NCBI GenBank assembly: GCA_951406725.2
Contig: OX597814.1
Coordinates: forward strand, 165,292,001 to 165,356,000
Direction of reading: 5' to 3'
Source: Octopus vulgaris
Taxonomy: Eukaryota
Length of the DNA: 64,000 nt
Part shown: piece after piece, positions 43,688 to 56,060 of the stretch
How the letters are laid out: every line of letters begins with the position of its first letter
Position numbering within the stretch: position 1 is the stretch's first letter
The notes under the pieces: generated by a model
The model's input: only the letters and a program-made list of their open reading frames with translations
What the model was told of the DNA's origin: nothing
Database searches by the model: none
Made by a program: the position numbers and the translations under genes

Positions 43688-44166
43688 AAGCGTGACAGCT
43701 TAAATATGATTTACTTTCGTTTTTACCGTAAATATGGTTTAGAATATTTCCCTACATGGCCTTCTACATTGCCAAATAATACCATCGCTGATTTTTTTAT
43801 CTTTCACCAAATACATTGCTAAACCACATGACAATACCTTTGCACGGACAATACCATTGGTAGAAGTCCTGCCAATCCCATTCCAGAGCAGTTCTGTTAT
43901 TGGATTCCATCTGGGACCTTCCCCTCACCCATATTTTCATGAACTATTTGCATTCGGCAATACATCCTCTCCTTATGTTCCTTACGCAAGAGCCCATGTC
44001 GTCTGCACCAGTCAGTTGCTTTTTCATTGTCCATTAAATTAATAATCAAATCCGAATAATTTATGCAACTCACTGATGGAAAATTCATATTGAAATTGTA
44101 AATGTTAAAACACTAAATATAAACAACATGAAACTAAAACTAAATCATATTTAAGCTGTCACGCTT
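43688..44166 (-). mobile_element. Merlin/IS1016-like transposase N-terminal fragment bracketed by a 26-bp inverted repeat
   Basis: KATDWCRRHGLL..C and DGIIWQCRRPC; IR aagcgtgacagcttaaatatgattta at 43688-43713 and 44141-44166. Confidence 0.5.
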
Positions 44167-44522
44167 AAGCGATGGACAAAATCTGCCAGAAAATGTGATC
44201 GAAAATAATGTAAACAAACCGTTGCCGCCATCATTAAATTCTCGTGTGTCTCCAAAAGTAGAGTGGAAGGGGATAACTGTGGAATGTATTCAACTTAGAA
44301 ACATCTTGGAACCACAGTTCGTAAAAGACTTTTCTACTTTTACGAAATTATCATTCAGCGACAGGCCATTCTCAACAAGATTAAGGGAAATTCTGCAGTT
44401 CTACTGATATCGACGATGTTGCTGGACGACACATAGAATCATGTGATGTGAATTACTGGAATATTAATACCCTCATATACACAACTGCTATCACTCTTAA
44501 AGAACACCTAGAAGAAAAATGC

Positions 44523-44936
44523 GGATCTTTTCGGTTTGAACGGCAGTTTTTAACATAATTTCTAGGTAACTAAAAAAATTTTAACTTCGTATACTGGTAG
44601 AATGTGTTTATAAAACATCTTTTTCTCTTGGCTTTATTGAGAAAATTCTATAGTTCGTAAGGTATTTGTTGTTTTTTTTCTTCAATTTCTGCAATTTCAA
44701 CCAATCAATTACGTCTATTGAGTTAAAAAACATTGTGCCGTATGAATATGTCCCTCGTTTAAGAAACACATTGGGCTTATTTACATTTGTGAAGAAAAGA
44801 AGATACCCTTCCCCCACCCCTAACCCCAACCCTAAAACAGATAGAAATGCAATAGATCAATACTAAGGTCATAATTATGGGTGACAATTTCATATGACAC
44901 CGCTAGAAAAAACTGCCGTTCAAACCGAAAAGTTCC
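44523..44936. mobile_element. Merlin-like MITE, ~29-bp TIR starting GG, 8-bp TSD
   Basis: TIR gga(t/a)cttttcggtttgaacggcagttttt; TSD aaaaatgc at 44515-44522 and 44937-44944. Confidence 0.85.
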
Positions 44937-45050
44937 AAAAATGCGGCCATACTGAAAGGAAGCAACAGAGAAAACAAAACTTGAAGAAACATCAAAAATC
45001 TGCGCCGCCAATTTGGATGGACGATACTAAAACGTAGGGAGAAAAATGAG

Positions 45051-45565
45051 TACCGCAAATTCTCCGTATAGTCCGTCCTTGAGTATAATACGCAGGGGAT
45101 TTTTAGTGGGCTGTACCTCTGAAAAACCTAAACCTTGTGTATAATACGCACCCCTTCTCTAACTTGAGTCAAGGAGGTCTATATAACATCCTTGGTTTGT
45201 AAAAATGTATACGGTAACGTCCTTTATTATTATTGTATATATAACATAATGCAAATGTGTAGCTTTTTTGTGTATTTTGTTTGCAGAAAATAAAGAAATA
45301 ACAGTAATAACGTTTAATAAATGTTGCTTATTGCAAGTTATGGATGATTCTTTTATGACTTCATTGCTTTCAGGCTTAGCTTAAGCTATTTTGGCGTCCG
45401 ACATCACAAAATACGTCTGAATAAAAATTGCCGGACAGCAAATAGAGACTCGGACATTGCTTAGAAGATATTTTTCATTTTTAACCTCCTATATAGTACG
45501 CACTAGGGATTTTGACCTTTAAATTTTGGGGAATAAATGCGGATTATACTCGAGGATTTACAGTA
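45051..45565. mobile_element. pogo/Tc2-like MITE (TA|CCGTA-type TIR), copy 1
   Basis: Ends taccgcaaatt.. and ..tatactcgaggatttacagta; reverse-complement match to 47276-47776. Confidence 0.8.
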
Positions 45566-46177
45566 TACACCTCACCAATTACATCTTATGCATGAATTAA
45601 CAAAACTCGATGATGACTCTTCATACCAAGCTCTTGAGCGAAAGCTAATTACTGTAAAGCACGGATCCGGGATGCTGAGCGAAAAGCTCCGCCACCGCAG
45701 GTAAAATTTTGAACAAGCCCTTTTAAATCAAGTTTGCTACCAACCCACAAGCATTACACTGAGAGATGAAGAAGGAAAACATTATTGTTATGAAAACTCC
45801 CTCTCAAGAAGATCTTGAATCATTCTGGTCTAAAATCTGGAATGAAAAGGAGGATTTCTATCTTAATGACACCGACAATAAAATATACCGCATTGACATA
45901 CCTTAAGAAGACCTGGATGTGAAACGCCCGGATGCGTGCGTTCGTGTGTATACATATGTACATATGTATTTGTGTACAACAACTGTATGCATGCATGAAT
46001 CGATATATACGCATGCGTGTGTGATGTATGTATGTATGTATGTATGTATGTATGTATGTATGTATGTATGTATGTATGTATGTATGTATGTATGTATGTA
46101 TGTATCGGTCTGCTCGCCGAGCCATCGGGGTGGTATCATTCAAAAGATACAACAATGCGAGAAAGCGCATTGCGACC

Positions 46178-46271
<94 letters not shown>

Positions 46272-46280
46272 TACAGTAGA

Positions 46281-46660
46281 GGCGCAATGGCCCAGTGGTT
46301 AGTGTAGCGGACTCACGGTCATAGGATCGGTTTTTCGATTCCCTGATCGAGTGTTGTGAGTGTTTATTGAGCGAAAACACCTAAAGCTCCACGAGGCTCC
46401 GGCAGTGGAAGGAATGGCAAACCCTGCTGTACTCTTTCACCACAACTTTCTCTTACTCTTTCTTCCTGTGTCTGTTGTACCTGTATTTCAAAGGGCTAGC
46501 CTTGTCCCACTCTGTGTCACGCTGAATCTCCCCGAGAACTACGTTAAGGGGTACACGTGTCTGTGGAGTGCTCAGCCACTTGCACGTTAATTGCACGAGC
46601 AGGCTTTTCCGTTGATCGGATCAACTGGAACCCTCGTCGTCGTAACTGACGGAGTGCCAC
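46281..46660 (+). mobile_element. SINE family C (tRNA-like head)
   Basis: ggcgcaatggcccagtggttag..ttcgattcc A/B-box-like head; second copy at 34935-35225. Confidence 0.75.
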
Positions 46661-47275
46661 GACTATCCTACAATAAAACGTGCTTAATACTGATTGAATT
46701 ATATTGATGCATTAATATCGATGGGAGAGATAATAAAATCGTGAGGTGGCTATGAGGCTTATTTATCTTTGAATCATAAGAGAACGCAATACCCATAAAT
46801 TTTCACAGGACACCCGAAGATAGTTGAAGGGAGGAAGGTATCCTCAAACTGGCGGTCTATTCCAAATGTCTGCAACAAGGTAGACACTGGACTAGACAGT
46901 GGTATTAAACCTGACGAAGGATTCAGTCTCGCACCTCAATATATTTCTTAGTGTTTCTTTATATTGACTACATAATCATGATAAGATCATATATACCACC
47001 TGGGGATGCTGAAAAGGGTATCGTGAAACGTCTGGTTGGAGACCCAACCTTTCGAGTTCTTTTACAGAGCTTGGAAAACCTGAAGGACAGCTGCAATAAG
47101 TGTGAATCTGAGAGGAGAATACGTTAAATAAAATCATAATTTACTAATCTTCCTATATTTTCTTTTACTCAAAGCATCCCCTCGTATATCTTCCCAAGAC
47201 ATTTCATTTTGAATTAGTGAGGCTCATGTATTTGGATGAGTTTGTAAAAATGTGAAGAGAAGAGAAATTTCGAAT

Positions 47276-47776
47276 ACCGTAAATCCCTGAGTATAATTGG
47301 CATTTTTTTCCTAAAATTTAAAGGTCAAAATCCCTAGTGCGTACTATATACGAAGTTAAAAATGAAAATTATTTTCTAAGCAATGTCCGAGTCTCTATTT
47401 GCTGTCTGGCTATGTTTATTCAGACGCATTTTGTGATGTCGGACGCGAAAATACCTTAAGCTAAGCCTGAAAGCAATGAAGTCATAAAAGAATCATCCAT
47501 AACTTGCAGTAAGCAACAGTTATTAAACGTTATTACTGTTATTTCTTTATTTTCTGCAAACAAAATGCACAGAAAAGCTACACGTTTGCATTATATATAC
47601 AATAATAATAAAGGACGTTACTGTATACATTTTTACAAACCAAGGACGTTATATAGACCTCCTTGAGTGAAGTTAGAGAAAGGGTGCGTATTATACACGA
47701 GGTTTAGGTTTTTCAGAGGTACAGCCCACTAAAAATCCCCTGCTCAAGGACGGACTATACTCGAGGACTATACATA
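47276..47776. mobile_element. pogo/Tc2-like MITE, copy 2 (inverted relative to copy 1)
   Basis: taccgtaaatccctgagtata ... tatactcgaggactatacata. Confidence 0.8.
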
Positions 47777-48069
47777 AGGACTTTTCTAAACTCACAAACT
47801 TCACTAACGGTGAGTAACATCATCATTTTTCATGGTTTCTACCGTTTCCTGTTTAATTAAATGTTTCGATTAATTGCCGTTCAATTGTAGCTTCAACAGC
47901 GATAAACCTAATATATATGTATATGCAGTGAACCTTATAGATATGTACGAGTATAAGCAGGGAATTGCGTTAAAACTGTGAATTGCAGTTGAACTGAGAG
48001 TAATCTCCCTTGCATTATTGTAGTCTCCATTTTAATCGCACAAGTTACTTCCCTTTGACTATAACCTTA

Positions 48070-48346
48070 TTAGATTCACTTCAACATTTTACTTTCATTT
48101 GCCAAAATATTTTCGTCGCTTTGAGACCGCGACTCGTTCACTGACAGCACGGAATTTTGTCGGTGAACAGGTCAACGAAAAGCGACGAAAATATTTTGGC
48201 AAATTAAATTTAAATGTTGAAGTGAATCTAACGGTTTTTTGTGTTTTTCTTAAATGGATTATAAACACCTTCTACGCTGTAATTGTTTTCGTTCCAGCAC
48301 ACGATCTCAGATCAAGTCACTTGCTATGCAAGTACATCTCCGTAAT
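48070..48346. mobile_element. Fold-back PLE-type insertion, same family as 37968-38169
   Basis: Arms 48070-48146 and 48158-48231, right arm extends to 48346; possible decayed TSD ataaccttat/acaactttat. Confidence 0.75.
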
Positions 48347-49474
48347 ACAACTTTATTCTTTGATTTAAAATTGATCAACTTCTCCAAATAAGATTTTTAA
48401 ACATTGTAATGGATCTCAACTGTTAGTAGCATAATATATTCTCGATTTTATTTATCACTACATACATTATTATGTTCCTGCTACATATTTCGAGTTGTAG
48501 GGTTTCTAGAAAATTATACAAAGAAATTTATTCTTTCCGGTGTACTGTGCTTGTGGTTAATCCCAGATTATATCTGATCATACAGACAGAATCAAAGGCG
48601 TTCCAGCTGTGATCATTCTGTATTTATTACTTGTCAGGACCTTTTTCAACAGATTCTTCATAATCTAAGACAGTTGGCTGTAAAGGGCGTAAGTTTAAGA
48701 GAATTTTTTTTTCTATTTTATGTAAGATGAATGATTTCGTAGAGATTCACTCGTTATGCTATGTTGTACATTGATGAGTTATACTTTTAAACTTCAATTT
48801 TTAAAACCTTTGTCTGCATTATAATTTGAGAGTATTTTCCCACAATATGGAGCACCATTTAATTAAAGACTCTATGTTCGAAAAGATGGCTTCTAATGAT
48901 ACATTTCTAATATTTATACAAGAAAACAAATTGAATGAGAGTGTGTAGTTGATTGTATACACTTTAAGTGCTCGATTGTTGATAATTTTATCGACCGGAG
49001 GTAAAATCCACGTCAGCAAGACTTAAACCCAGAATGTAAAGAACCAAAATTAGGAGTCATAACGCACTTTATCCAACGCCCTATCGATTCTGGCAAGCAA
49101 CTTATTGAATTGTCATAGGGTCAAGAACTTCGATGTACAAATAGTGATACACGACCATTTAACTATTCAAATATGAGTGCATCGCACCTTATAGCAGAAA
49201 CAGTTGTAAGCTAATGAAGTGCAGTGCATAATTTCTTCTTCTATTGTCATTTCTTTAATCTCTATTATATATATATTACTCTCTTTTACTATTTTACATG
49301 TTTCAGTCATGACTGCGGCCATGCTGGAGCAGCGCCTTTAATCGAGCGACTCGACCCGGGACTTATTCTTTTGTAAGCCCAGTACTTATTCTATCGGTCT
49401 CTTTTGCCGAACCGCTAAGTAAACACACCAGCATCGGTTGTCAAGCAATGTTAGGGGGACAAACACAGACACAC

Positions 49475-49476
49475 AA

Positions 49477-49554
<78 letters not shown>

Positions 49555-49999
49555 GACGGGGTTCTTTCAGTTTCCGTCTACCAAATCCACTCACAAGGCT
49601 TTAGTCGGCCCGAGGCTATAGTAGAAGACACTTGCCCAAGGTGCCGCGCAGTGGGAATGAACCCGGAACCATGTGGTTCGTAAACAAGCTACTTACCACA
49701 CAGCCACTTCTATATATTATATATATATACACACACATACATATATATATGTGTGTGCGTGTGTATGTGTGTGTGAGTATGATTATATACACGCATGAAC
49801 ACACAATCATTCGTACATACATACATACATATGTACATGCATATATATGTGTGCTTGTGTATGTGTGTGTATGCATATATACATGCATGCACGCACAATC
49901 ATTCATACATACATACATATATGTATATGTATATACATATATATATACACATATATGTATGTATATATATATACATATAAGTGTATATATATATATATA

Positions 50000-50086
<87 letters not shown>

Positions 50087-50126
50087 GTGTATACATACAT
50101 ACACATATATATATATACATACATAC

Positions 50127-50172
<46 letters not shown>

Positions 50173-50310
50173 GAGTCCGCCAAAAAGATGTATTAATACC
50201 TCTTTCGATGTTTTATCAAATTGCGATAACACAGAAAAAACTGCAATAAGATTATATTAAAATATCCATACAGATTTCTCCTTTCCTGAAGTGTGGATTC
50301 ATTTTTTGCG

Positions 50311-50390
<80 letters not shown>

Positions 50391-50921
50391 TCTTTTTTAT
50401 CTTTTACTTGTTTCAGTTATAAGAATGGGACCATGTTGGTGCTCAGCCTTGAAGCGTTTTAGTCGAACAAATCGACCCCAGGATTATTTGTTAAAGCCTA
50501 GTACATATTCTGTCTGTCTCTTTCACCGAACCGCTAGTTTAGAGAGACGTAAATACACCAAAACCGGTTGTCAAGTTGTGGAGACAAACACTCACGTATA
50601 CACATACACACAATCATACGTGTGTGTGTGTGTGTGTGTGTGCGTGCGTACACGCAAACGTTAGACAATTGTATACTGAGCTTTTTGGTGTTTTAGATGA
50701 AAAATAGCTCAGCAACTGCATGTACATACATACATGCATGCATGCACACACGCACGCACGCACACACAAACATACATACATACATGTACATGTAATCATT
50801 AACGAATGGGTACAAAAGTACACTATTTAGGGTGGTTTGCTATTCTGGAACTTTGTTGATGCAGTATACCTACCCGCAGACAACACACACACACACACAC
50901 ACACATACATACATACATACA

Positions 50922-50985
<64 letters not shown>

Positions 50986-51265
50986 ATTATACATACATAC
51001 AAACAAGCATGCATACATACATCCATACATAAATACATACATACAGAAATACATACACACATACATACATACATACATACATACATACATACATACATAC
51101 ATACATACATACATACATACATACATACATACATACATACATACATACATACATACATACATACATACATACATACATACATACATACATACACAGCATA
51201 TACTCATACGTGTGTACACACATACGTACAATATCCAGATCAACACACACACACACACACACACT
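49475..51265. repeat. Long compound microsatellite region (TA/CA/CATA/TC) interleaved with SINE-A pieces
   Basis: Directly visible. Confidence 0.9.
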
Positions 51266-52709
51266 CCAGTGCCTGTTGTTGTTACTTTTCTGCATAATGG
51301 CTTCATGTTAGTTAATTTGACCACAGCAATCTTCGTCGTTTAAAGACTTGCCTTTTCTCTTCAGCAACTCTGACAGATTCCGCTGAAGATTGCTGAGTCA
51401 TAGTTAAAAGTTTTAGTAATAACAATGCCAGCCTCATTAAAACACCAACAAGAACAACAGCAACAGAAACAACAAGGCCTGGCAGCAATAATTGTTTCTA
51501 ATTTCGCCAGAAAACCTACAATTTCAAGGGTAAGAGTCTTATCAATTACACCGACCTCGGTACTTGACTGGTACTTTATTTTATTGACGTTGAAAGTCAA
51601 GGTTCACCTCAGCAGGATTTGAACTCAGAATGTAGAGTTGGAAGAAATAGTGCAAAGCATTTCAACGTTCTATCTAACGATTCTCACACTAAGGCGGCGA
51701 GCTGGCAGAAACGTTAGCACGCCGGGCGAAATGCTTAGTGGTATTTCGTCTGTCGCTACGCTCTGAGTTCAAATTCCGCCGAGGTCGACTTTGCCTTTCA
51801 TCCTTTCGGGGTCGATTAAATAAGTACCAGTTACGCACTGGGGTCGATATAATCGACTTAATCCGTTTGTCCTCTCTGTGTTTAGCCCCTTGTGGGTAGT
51901 AAAGAAATATATTCTCCTTTAGATGGGCTGCAGGTCGTTACTGAACCATCTAATAAGACTCCCAAGAAGGCTGTAATTTGGTTGGCAGTAATCACGGATG
52001 GAAAACATATACAAGCAAGGTTGTCTTAAAACATTTTTATTTGTGGCCACACGTACACGTCCAAAGGAATGACAAACAGAATGGTTGGAGTGTAAAGGGC
52101 CATGGTCTTCTGTGCCTTGTTCCTATTTGCTTGCGGGCCCGAGGCCTAAGATAGAACCAATCAAGTAACGCCCTCACAGATGATTGCATGCATGCAGAAA
52201 AGGGGAAGAGATGAAATCACGTGTCAGAACCTCAATATTGTGTAGTGCTTCCTCTCTGTATAGCCAGCTTGTTTACCCTTGTCAAGGGGAGCAACACACT
52301 TACACTCCTAATCCAATTCTCGTATTGTTTCTAAAGTAGGTATAAAGGTAAAGACTCCCACCCACCCGATCATGAATGACTACGGGATTGTACATACAAA
52401 GTTACCCTCCAAGGCGCAAGTCCGAGAAAGGTTGTTTATGGAAGACCAGCAGTCGCCCATACATACCAGCCTCCTTTTTCTATGCCACCGATGTTATCCA
52501 ATGGAAAGGCAAATGGCAATACAGTTTGGCACCAGTGACATCGCAATTCATTTCTACAGCTGAGTAAACTGGAGCAACATGAAAATGAAACAGTGTCTTG
52601 CTCAAGAACACAACACACAGCTCGGTCCGGGGTTCGAACACACTACCTCATGATTGTGAGCCCAACTCTCTAGCCACTGAGCCTTGCGCCTTCACAAATT
52701 AGGTATATC

Positions 52710-53390
52710 TGCAATTTAGAGTGGGTGGAGATAGTCGACTAAATCGACACCAGTACGTGACTGATACTTTATTTTATAAATCCCCATAGTGATGGAAGGC
52801 AAAGTTGTCTTCAGATTTGAACTAAAAATTGAAAATATCTTGAGGTAATTTCTCCGATGTTCGAATGATTTTACTAATGCATCGCCTTCAAATAATGGTT
52901 TCAAATTTTGCCACAAGAGCAGCAATTTGGGGGAAAGGGATGAGTTGATTACATTGACCCCATTGTTCAACTGGTACTTATTTTATCGATCTCAAAAGGA
53001 TGAAAGGTAAGGTCAACCTTGGCGGAATTTGAACTCAGAACGTAGCGACGGGCGAAATACCGCTAAATTTTTCGTCCGGAGCGCTAACGGTCCTGCCATC
53101 TCGCCGTCTTCATTGCTTTTAAATAATCCTTTCTACTAGGCACAAAGCCTGATATTTGGGGGCAGAGGACCGGTCGATTACACTGACCCCAGTGTTTCAC
53201 TGGCACTTCATTCATTGACCCCGAAAGGATGAAAGGCAAAGTCGACCCAGCGGCATTTGAACTCAGAAAACGAAGACAGGCGAAATACTACTTAAGCATT
53301 TTGCCCGGCATACTGACGATTCTGCCAGTTCGCCACCTTATTGCCTTTGTATAATAAAGTAATAATTATTATTTCTACTCTAGGCACAAG
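52710..53390 (-). mobile_element. Three tandem SINE-B-type copies
   Basis: Repeated gatg(a/g)aagg(c/t)aa.gt...atttgaact motifs. Confidence 0.75.
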
Positions 53391-54344
53391 GCCTTTTTAA
53401 AGTAATAATAATGACAAAACCGACGCACCACCATCACCGACAACAGACTGTCACTATCACACACACAAAAGAAAGTCCAGCAATAATAATAATGACACAA
53501 CTAGGACTAATACCACTACTACTACTACTACAACGAAATCAACAAAACTGGCACCAGCAGAAGTAATGCCCTACCACCACTACTACCACTAATACAATGA
53601 CAATAACAACGAAACACAGCAACAACAACGACACCACCACTACCACCACCTCCACCAAAACTAACAACAACAAACCACATCAGTAATAAGGACACCGCTA
53701 GCACAACAGCAGCAGCAGACACCACGTGATTGACATGAAATTGCTGTGATTTAGTATAAGGTTAGGTTTAATAACTATACTTAAAGAGGAATCTTCCGTT
53801 GGTTGATGGTCAATCTGTCCACTATTGTATTTGTCAAATTAGATTAAATTTACTGCCACCTCCACCTACTCTTTTCTACGTGCACCAACAAGGAAGCCTC
53901 TATGTGGTCGCTTGAAATGCTAGAAATATCAGCAAAATGTCCTGCAAATTGTATTAAGTAAGGTGAATAGACATTGGATATTGTCCTGAGAACCCCTATA
54001 AAATGATATGGTCAAGGTTAGAATACTTTCAGTCATAGTTCTGCTCATTCAGTGCTGATTTAGGCATAAACAACAACGCCATTCAAGAATTTGGACTTGG
54101 AGATCTCCATTTCCAGCGACTTCAAGGGCCACTTCCCAGTGGTGTTGAGCGTCAATGAAGAGCCCTTGACTACAAGACGACCAAAGTTTTTTTTTTTCCA
54201 AGGTTTGGGGTCTCCCGCCCCCAAGCCCTAGACTATCACCTAATCACCCTTAACCATCTTGTTGCTTAACAACAACAACAGCACCGTTATACCTACCATC
54301 ACATTATATCATTATGATTTTACCTTATACTGACCAATCAACCA

Positions 54345-54690
54345 CAAAGTCCAGTCTTTCTCACATTGTGGTGACTTATGTGCCTCAGTGACCCTGAGAG
54401 AGAGATATGCCAGTAGGGCACAGCTCTTGGTGATGCCTCCCATGATGGACAGGTAAAAGGATTGTGGCCAGACTAATATAGGCCACATCTTTCCAGAGGT
54501 TAAAATGGGTTTGCATAGGGCTGACATCCCTACCTAGAAGAAAGCAAAGTTACAGAAGCATCAATGACAATTCAAAATAAGACCAAGGAGAAGGTCTACC
54601 TACAAGGGAAACATCCTACATTCAAGAACAGTGGAGAAAAGTCAGCAAAGCTTATGCTCTATAGAGAGCAAACATGTTAAATAAGTAATA
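54345..54690 (+). mobile_element. Non-autonomous RTE-related element; second copy at 57860-58205
   Basis: gtgcctcagtgaccctgagag..atgcc head resembles RTE/BovB 5' ends; the two copies are co-linear and end in aagtaa repeats. Confidence 0.55.
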
Positions 54691-54919
54691 CTGACCAACA
54701 CATTATATCATCACAGTAGTATTGTATATTGACCCCAACACTCAAATACCTCTCTCCTATACTGACCACCATACTCTCTCAGTACTGTCCTATACTGACT
54801 GCCACACCATACTCACACAATTCTGACCTATATTGACTAGTTCACACTCTTGTTAATTCCACAGAACCTCCTTCACACACTATTTTTCTGAGTCCGTCTC
54901 TCTTTTATGCATAAGGTAT

Positions 54920-56060
54920 TTTTGTTGTTATGTCTTGTTCCTGGAATTGAAAATCATATTCTCCAGAATGAAAGCTCATATATATGTTGTTAGGTCAATC
55001 TGAAATTTTCTAACAATATGCTCTGCTGGATCTGTAATGGGATATAGAATGAAAGTGATGCATTCAAAGGCTGGTTGAATTGATGTACCACTTCTTCCTC
55101 TTTGCTTTCATTTAAAATCAGTATCAATGAGGAAACTTTAAGTAAGAGGTGACAGTTTTTGAGTTTTAACAGTATTTCTAATTTTTACATTTAGTTTATA
55201 GTCCAAATATAGACATGAGTACTGGTACAGCAATCACATTTGTGGCCACTGATGTATTGTAAGCAAAGAACTATGAAAACCAGGCACTTTTCTTATCTGA
55301 GTGTTATATTCCCTGGTCACATGTTACTTGCAACGAGTTCCAACGTGGAAATATTTTCATCCATCCCTTAGTAAAATTCCTTGCAAGATATCAGGAAATT
55401 TGTTAGATCATTGATAGAAATGTTACTAGACTACTGGCTTGTAGTTATCCTTCATTTTGCAATACAGTAAAAGCATTTATTTTGGCCAAACTTTAAGAAT
55501 ATCATAAACAAAGTCAAGGAATTTCTTCATACCATTCATATTTTTAGCAAATATTTTCAGGCCATCTACAGAGTAGCTAAATATCAGGTGGCTGACACTT
55601 TTTTTTCTAGTGACTCAGTTAAGTATTCTTTAGTTTCTTTAACAAAAATGAAAACAGGTTCCCCGTAACAATAATCAACATCACACATATAAACCTATAA
55701 TACTTTATCCAATCAGTAACAAAATAGTCACTTTCTGTATTCAACTCCAGCCAGATTGCACCCAAATACATCATATGCTACTGAATTTCTGTTGATTGAA
55801 AGTTGCTCAACACATTCCCAAACTCCTTTCATAGAACACAATCCATATAAATAACAAACCTGAGGATAAAATTATAGTAATTGACAATGATGTAGCTGGC
55901 ACACTCACCCATAGTATGAGAGAATACTAGTGGAATATTCCAATAAAAACCTCTCTAAAATGTAGACATAATAGACCAGACATAATGATATAGGACAGAG
56001 AAGTGAAAGTATACACAAAAACAGAAATCTTTTATTCAGATATTAGTATCTCTAAAATTC
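54920..56060 (-). mobile_element. R4/Dong-like RT fossil
   Basis: VSHLIF..VDGLKIFAKN..KFG..KC (DDLK motif) and ATNVIAVPVLMSIFGL. Confidence 0.6.

Larger units (their letters stand above)
44400..45920 (+). mobile_element. R4/Dong-like LINE N-terminal fossil, interrupted by two MITEs
   Basis: YWNINTLIYTTAITLKEHL and KTPSQEDLESFWSKIWNEK (FWxxIW motif). Confidence 0.55.

Noticed and set aside
46281-46355. tRNA gene (also SINE heads near 7340-7413 and 52620-52695)
   Set aside because: A/B-box-like motifs only; no complete cloverleaf, and each continues into a SINE body
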